DNA from: Octopus bimaculoides
Lineage: Eukaryota
Length of the DNA stretch: 55,024 nt
NCBI RefSeq assembly: GCF_001194135.2
Contig: NC_068988.1
Span: 77,817,957 to 77,872,980 of the forward strand
Reading direction: 5' to 3'
A model generated the notes under the pieces. It searched no databases. It was given only the letters and a program-made list of their open reading frames with translations, and was not told the DNA's origin. Below are positions 49,981 through 55,024 of this stretch, one piece after another. A program made the position numbers and the translations under genes. Position 1 is the stretch's first letter, and each line of letters begins with the position of its first letter.

Positions 49981-50509
49981 AAAAAGAAAAAAGAATATAT
50001 GCACAACTGTCTCACTCTGCCCAAATTTCTTGCTCAAGATATGCCCACCACCTATCATCTCTCTAACTGCATTCTCTCTAACTCTTTTTTGTTGCTCTAA
50101 TTAGATGTGAGAAGAATGCATGCGTTAACTTTTCCTGGATACCACTTATCCAATATTTTACTCACCCCTTTTAGTAACCAGAACCATCTCACTGTTACAC
50201 ATACATCTTTCATTTTTAATATTGTTCTCTCCATCCACATTTTCCATTGATCACCCTCCTGAGACATCAGATTCTTTCTCTTCTATCACCATATATCTCC
50301 CCCTCACCATTCACTACATCTGTTCCATACTCTTACTACCGACCCATACCCAACCACATGTCATTTCCCTCTCTCCTTTTTGCCCATCGTCTCTCTTTCA
50401 GCTTTTGTCTCTTGTATCATTATTATTATTACTATTTCATATATGCATAGCAGATAAAGCTTCTGGAAAAGAAAAATTCATAAAATCAGACTACAAGTAT
50501 AAAAACTGT

Positions 50510-50850
50510 CCCTAATAACACTGTTTTATGCCTATTTTCTCAATCCATCTGTTCAAATCTTTAGGAATAGGTCATAATGCACTTATAACTACAAGAATAC
50601 ATTTTACCCATACTTTCGATAGCCTCTGTAACATAATGTCTAGGTCCTGGGTACCTTACTACTTTCTCTATACCTCTCATATCGACTTTCTCATCAATTA
50701 TGACTGTAACATCAATTACCTGGCACTTTCTATTCTCTTTTTCTCTTGCTACTAAATCAGGCCTTCTAGCTTCTATTACTCTGTTAGCCCAAGTGGTTCT
50801 TTGTGGTTATCTGCCATCATTATCTCCATATCTGCTCACCTGGATCCCTC
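50510..50850 (-). mobile_element. R4/Dong-type restriction-like endonuclease (PD-D/ExK) fragment
   Basis: Minus strand 'NRVIEARRPDLVAREKENRKCQVIDVTV..EKVVRY/QDLDIMLQRLSKVWVK.ILVVISAL*PIPKDL.RWIEKIGI'. Confidence 0.8.
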
Positions 50851-53067
50851 TTATAGCAACTCTTTACCCAACAGATTTAGTCCTTGGTAAAGATTTCAGA
50901 GTGTAAGTGCAAATCATTTGAGTGCTATTAAGTGTTTTCTNNNNNNNNNNNNNNNNNNNNNNNNNNNNNNNNNNNNNNNNNNNNNNNNNNNNNNNNNNNN
51001 NNNNNNNNNNNNNNNNNNNNNNNNNNNNNNNNNNNNNNNNNNNNNNNNNNNNNNNNNNNNNNNNNNNNNNNNNNNNNNNNNNNNNNNNNNNNNNNNNNNN
51101 NNNNNNNNNNNNNNNNNNNNNNNNNNNNNNNNNNNNNNNNNNNNNNNNNNNNNNNNNNNNNNNNNNNNNNNNNNNNNNNNNNNNNNNNNNNNNNNNNNNN
51201 NNNNNNNNNNNNNNNNNNNNNNNNNNNNNNNNNNNNNNNNNNNNNNNNNNNNNNNNNNNNNNNNNNNNNNNNNNNNNNNNNNNNNNNNNNNNNNNNNNNN
51301 NNNNNNNNNNNNNNNNNNNNNNNNNNNNNNNNNNNNNNNNNNNNNNNNNNNNNNNNNNNNNNNNNNNNNNNNNNNNNNCTATGTGGACATTTATTGTGGT
51401 TTAGAGTCAGGATTTGACTGCTATTTTTCAGCGTGATAGTATCTCTTAGATACCCTGTATTATAATTTTAAATAATTATTACCTTTGAAGGTTTTTATTC
51501 CCATGGTGGCCACTTGATAAAATCAATATTTTAAATATCGATCTTATCCTTATTTATATATATATATATATATATGTCAGTTTAGTGCGATGGATTATTG
51601 CTACACTCACCCATATCAGATCTCCAAATTAATAATTTCTGAAATTGTAGCAAAATTTAACAACAATATTTTAAAACATCTTCGCCAGCTAAAAGAAATA
51701 TTGCTTAATGTTTCTTAGCAAACCAAGCGACCACATAAATATTCTACAGGTATGGCATTGTAACTAGGAACATTCAAACAAACACTGTATTTAGAAATAA
51801 GGTTCTTAGGCTGCACCCAACTTAGATATACGTAAGTGTGTGTGTGTGTGTGTGAATGTGCATGTGTTTGTGCATATGTACATGCCCGTGTATATATGTG
51901 TGTTGTGGAGTAGTCAGGTGAAGATTATCAATGAAGAGACTAAGCTAGAGTGTATGTATGTAAGACAGTGAAATAGCTAACCATATGTGGCCAGTGGTCC
52001 AGAAATAAACTGGCATTAATGTCAAGCTAACTGAATTACCATTAAGTTGGTGAACTTTACTTTCTCGAAGTGCACTTATAGCATCAACTCTCACTCCTCC
52101 CACCACACACATAACTGACTACCTCTTTATTGTCTTACTTCTGNNNNNNNNNNNNNNNNNNNNNNNNNNNNNNNNNNNNNNNNNNNNNNNNNNNNNNNNN
52201 NNNNNNNNNNNNNNNNNNNNNNNNNNNNNNNNNNNNNNNNNNNNNNNNNNNNNNNNNNNNNNNNNNNNNNNNNNNNNNNNNNNNNNNNNNNNNNNNNNNN
52301 NNNNNNNNNNNNNNNNNNNNNNNNNNNNNNNNNNNNNNNNNNNNNNNNNNNNNNNNNNNNNNNNNNNNNNNNNNNNNNNNNNNNNNNNNNNNNNNNNNNN
52401 NNNNNNNNNNNNNNNNNNNNNNNNNNNNNNNNNNNNNNNNNNNNNNNNNNNNNNNNNNNNNNNNNNNNNNNNNNNNNNNNNNNNCGTGTGTGTGTGTGTG
52501 TGTATTACGTTTATATATTTGTTTTATGAGATTCCTGATGTGCGCACACACACACTTCATTTATAAGTGCAATTGATAGAAAAGAACACACAACCTATTG
52601 TAAAGAGTTTAAAATGAACAGTAGATGATTCTGTAGTCGTACATTTCGCACACATGTAATTACCTAAGTAATGTTTCAGCTGTCTTTTCTAAACGACCTC
52701 TGAGAGATCACCCATGTATTTTAGACCTATGTGAATTTGTAAGTAATGTATTACTGTACCAAACACACACACACACACAAGAAAACTATTTTCACATAAG
52801 CAGAAGTATAAAAGAAGGAAAAGAAGTTGAAAATGCACTTGGTGTTATAAAAATGTTTTATCACATTTACCTGACTTGTTTTCAAATTCATGATTTTACG
52901 GAAGTAAACTGAGTTGGAGGGATATAGAGCTACACTGTACTGCCTTGATTATTGTCTGTATTTGTTCCTTCTTATGCAAAGATTATGGCTCAATTTTTAT
53001 CTATTCTAACAACTTATTATTCATACTATCACATGAATTGTTCAGTCGATCAAAATAGCCTTGACTC

Positions 53068-53225
53068 AGCATCATCGTTTAACGTCCACTTTCCATGCTG
53101 GCATGGGTCGGACGGTTTGATATGGAGCTGGCTAGCAGGGAACTGTCCAGACTTCAACTATCTTTTATGGCATGATTTCTATGGCTGGCTGTTCTTCCTA
53201 ATGTCAACCACTTAACAGAGTGTGT
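53068..53225 (-). mobile_element. RTE-tail repeat
   Basis: CATCATCGTTTAACGTCCACTTTCCATGCTGGCATGGGTCGGACG. Confidence 0.75.
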
Positions 53226-53483
53226 TGGGTGCTGGTTCAATTATTGTCCATGCTTAATATATGCATACAACACACAATTATTTTCATTGCTGTCACATGG
53301 CCCTTCGACCATATGACAAGCTTCCAATCAAAGTATACAGCAACTGATGACAATTTGCACTATTATCTCTTCATAAAAAGAAGCAAATTTTAAAACTCCT
53401 GTTGGAATTGGGACAAACATATTACATATATGTGTGTGTGAGCATGTGTGTGTGTATGTATGTATGTGTATATATGTATGTGT

Positions 53484-53553
<70 letters not shown>

Positions 53554-53595
53554 GTGTGTGTGTGTGTATTACGTTTATATATTTGTTTTATGAGA

Positions 53596-53950
53596 TTCCT
53601 GATGTGAAATTATGTGTTGAAACAGACATTGTTATGGTTATATTTTTTTTCTTGTCAAATAAACACACACACTATATATTCGTTTTTCACTTTAGATTTA
53701 TTATTCTTATTTTATAGCCATTGTCTGGAAATCGTTTGCTACACATCATGTGACTTCTTCAGTGATGCTCCATTCCTGTTGTAAAACCTGTGTGTTGAAA
53801 CAGATATTGTTATAGTTATGTATTTTTTTTTGTGCCAAATAATCACTGACACAATATTCGTTCTTCACTTCAGATCTATTAGTCTTATTTTATATCCATT
53901 GTCTAGAAATATTTTGTCAAAGATTCTGTAACCTTTTCAGTGACCCTTCA
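53596..53950. repeat. Degenerate tandem dimer, period about 178 bp
   Basis: TGTGTTGAAACAGA at 53613 and 53791, followed by alignable sequence across the whole unit. Confidence 0.85.
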
Positions 53951-54659
53951 TCCCACCTATCTTCTCTTGAGAATAGGAGGGACACATCATGATAATTAGT
54001 TATCTATCTATATATATTATAAGAAGTAAAAAGGATTAATAAATTCAGGCAGATACCCATAAAAAAATTCAGTGTTAAACAAATTTCGTTAAGTATATCA
54101 AACAACCAGATACCAATAAATGCAAGTTGAATAAACATCCAAGGTATGACAAGTAAATCTAAATATTGCTAAGAATTGCAAGAAATTCAGAGTATAAGAC
54201 AAAGAAAAAATAGGAATGGAGAAAATTACATCCTTAATTGGTGATTACATCATGCATTACCAATGATCATTTCTATTGTGCCAACATACTTAGAAACAGA
54301 AAAAGGTATAAGATTCCAGTCAAATTAATATATCCAAAAATACATGCTAATACAATGTTATCAAGGCAATCCAAAATTGGTTAAATTCAAAGTGAACTAA
54401 AAACATATCTCTACTATATGAATACATTCAAAAAGAACATTAAGAAGAAATATAATATATACTAAGAAAAACCTGTTTAGTATTTAACTTTTGATGACAT
54501 CAGTAGATAATAAAATAATATAAAATAAAAAAAGAAATTCTACATCACAATAATTAGTAATATATCTATAAAAATATACTATAAAAATTTAGAGAAATTA
54601 TGCACGTTAGATTATAGGAAAAGCAATTACACACACAGACACACACATATACATACATA

Positions 54660-55024
54660 TACTCTTTTACTCTTACACTTTTACTTGTTTCAGTCATTTG
54701 ACTGCGGCCATGCTGGAGCACCACCTTTAGTCGAGCAAATCGACCCCAGGACTTATTCTTTGTAAGCCTAGTACTTATTCTATCGGTCACTTTTGCCGAA
54801 CTACTAAGTTACGGGGACGCAAACACACCACATTGGGGGGACAGACAGACACATAAACATATACACATGCATACATATACATATACATATATACGATAGG
54901 CTTCTTTCAGTTTCCGTCTACCAAATCCACTCACAAGGCTTTGGTCGGCCCAAGGCTATAGTAGAAGACACTTGCCCAAGGTGTCACACAGTGGGAATGA
55001 ACCCAGAACCATGTGGTTGGTAAG
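54660..55024 (-). mobile_element. Composite tRNA-derived SINE, running off the window edge
   Basis: Reverse complement of the family 3' module and body. Confidence 0.88.

Overview
AT-rich, microsatellite-dense animal genomic scaffold with N gaps. The repeat families resemble those I recall from Octopus (coleoid cephalopod); this is inference, not a database match. I found no host protein-coding exon I can support, so the window reads as intronic or intergenic DNA made of transposable-element relics. Retroelements: a 5'-inverted Penelope-like element (RT plus GIY-YIG) with a 12-bp TSD; a near-full-length but disabled RTE/BovB-like LINE (about 4 kb); two truncated RTE LINEs; R4/Dong-type RT and RLE fragments; many tRNA-derived SINEs. 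DNA elements: four Tc1/mariner lineages (DD36E, DD37D, DD41D, DD34D), a piggyBac-type MITE and a Helentron-like HINE. The strongest leads are at the RNA level. (1) The Penelope terminal repeat contains a tRNA-like Pol III promoter followed by a minimal hammerhead ribozyme. (2) A 45.5-47.3 kb cluster holds two long foldbacks, one made of divergent tRNA-like heads, bracketed by two hammerhead-like relics. (3) A head-to-head SINE pair is joined by a self-complementary (AT)15. A DD36E (Incomer-type) transposon in a probable cephalopod is also notable. I see no evidence for a new multi-gene system. Most long ORFs in the track are microsatellite or gap artefacts.
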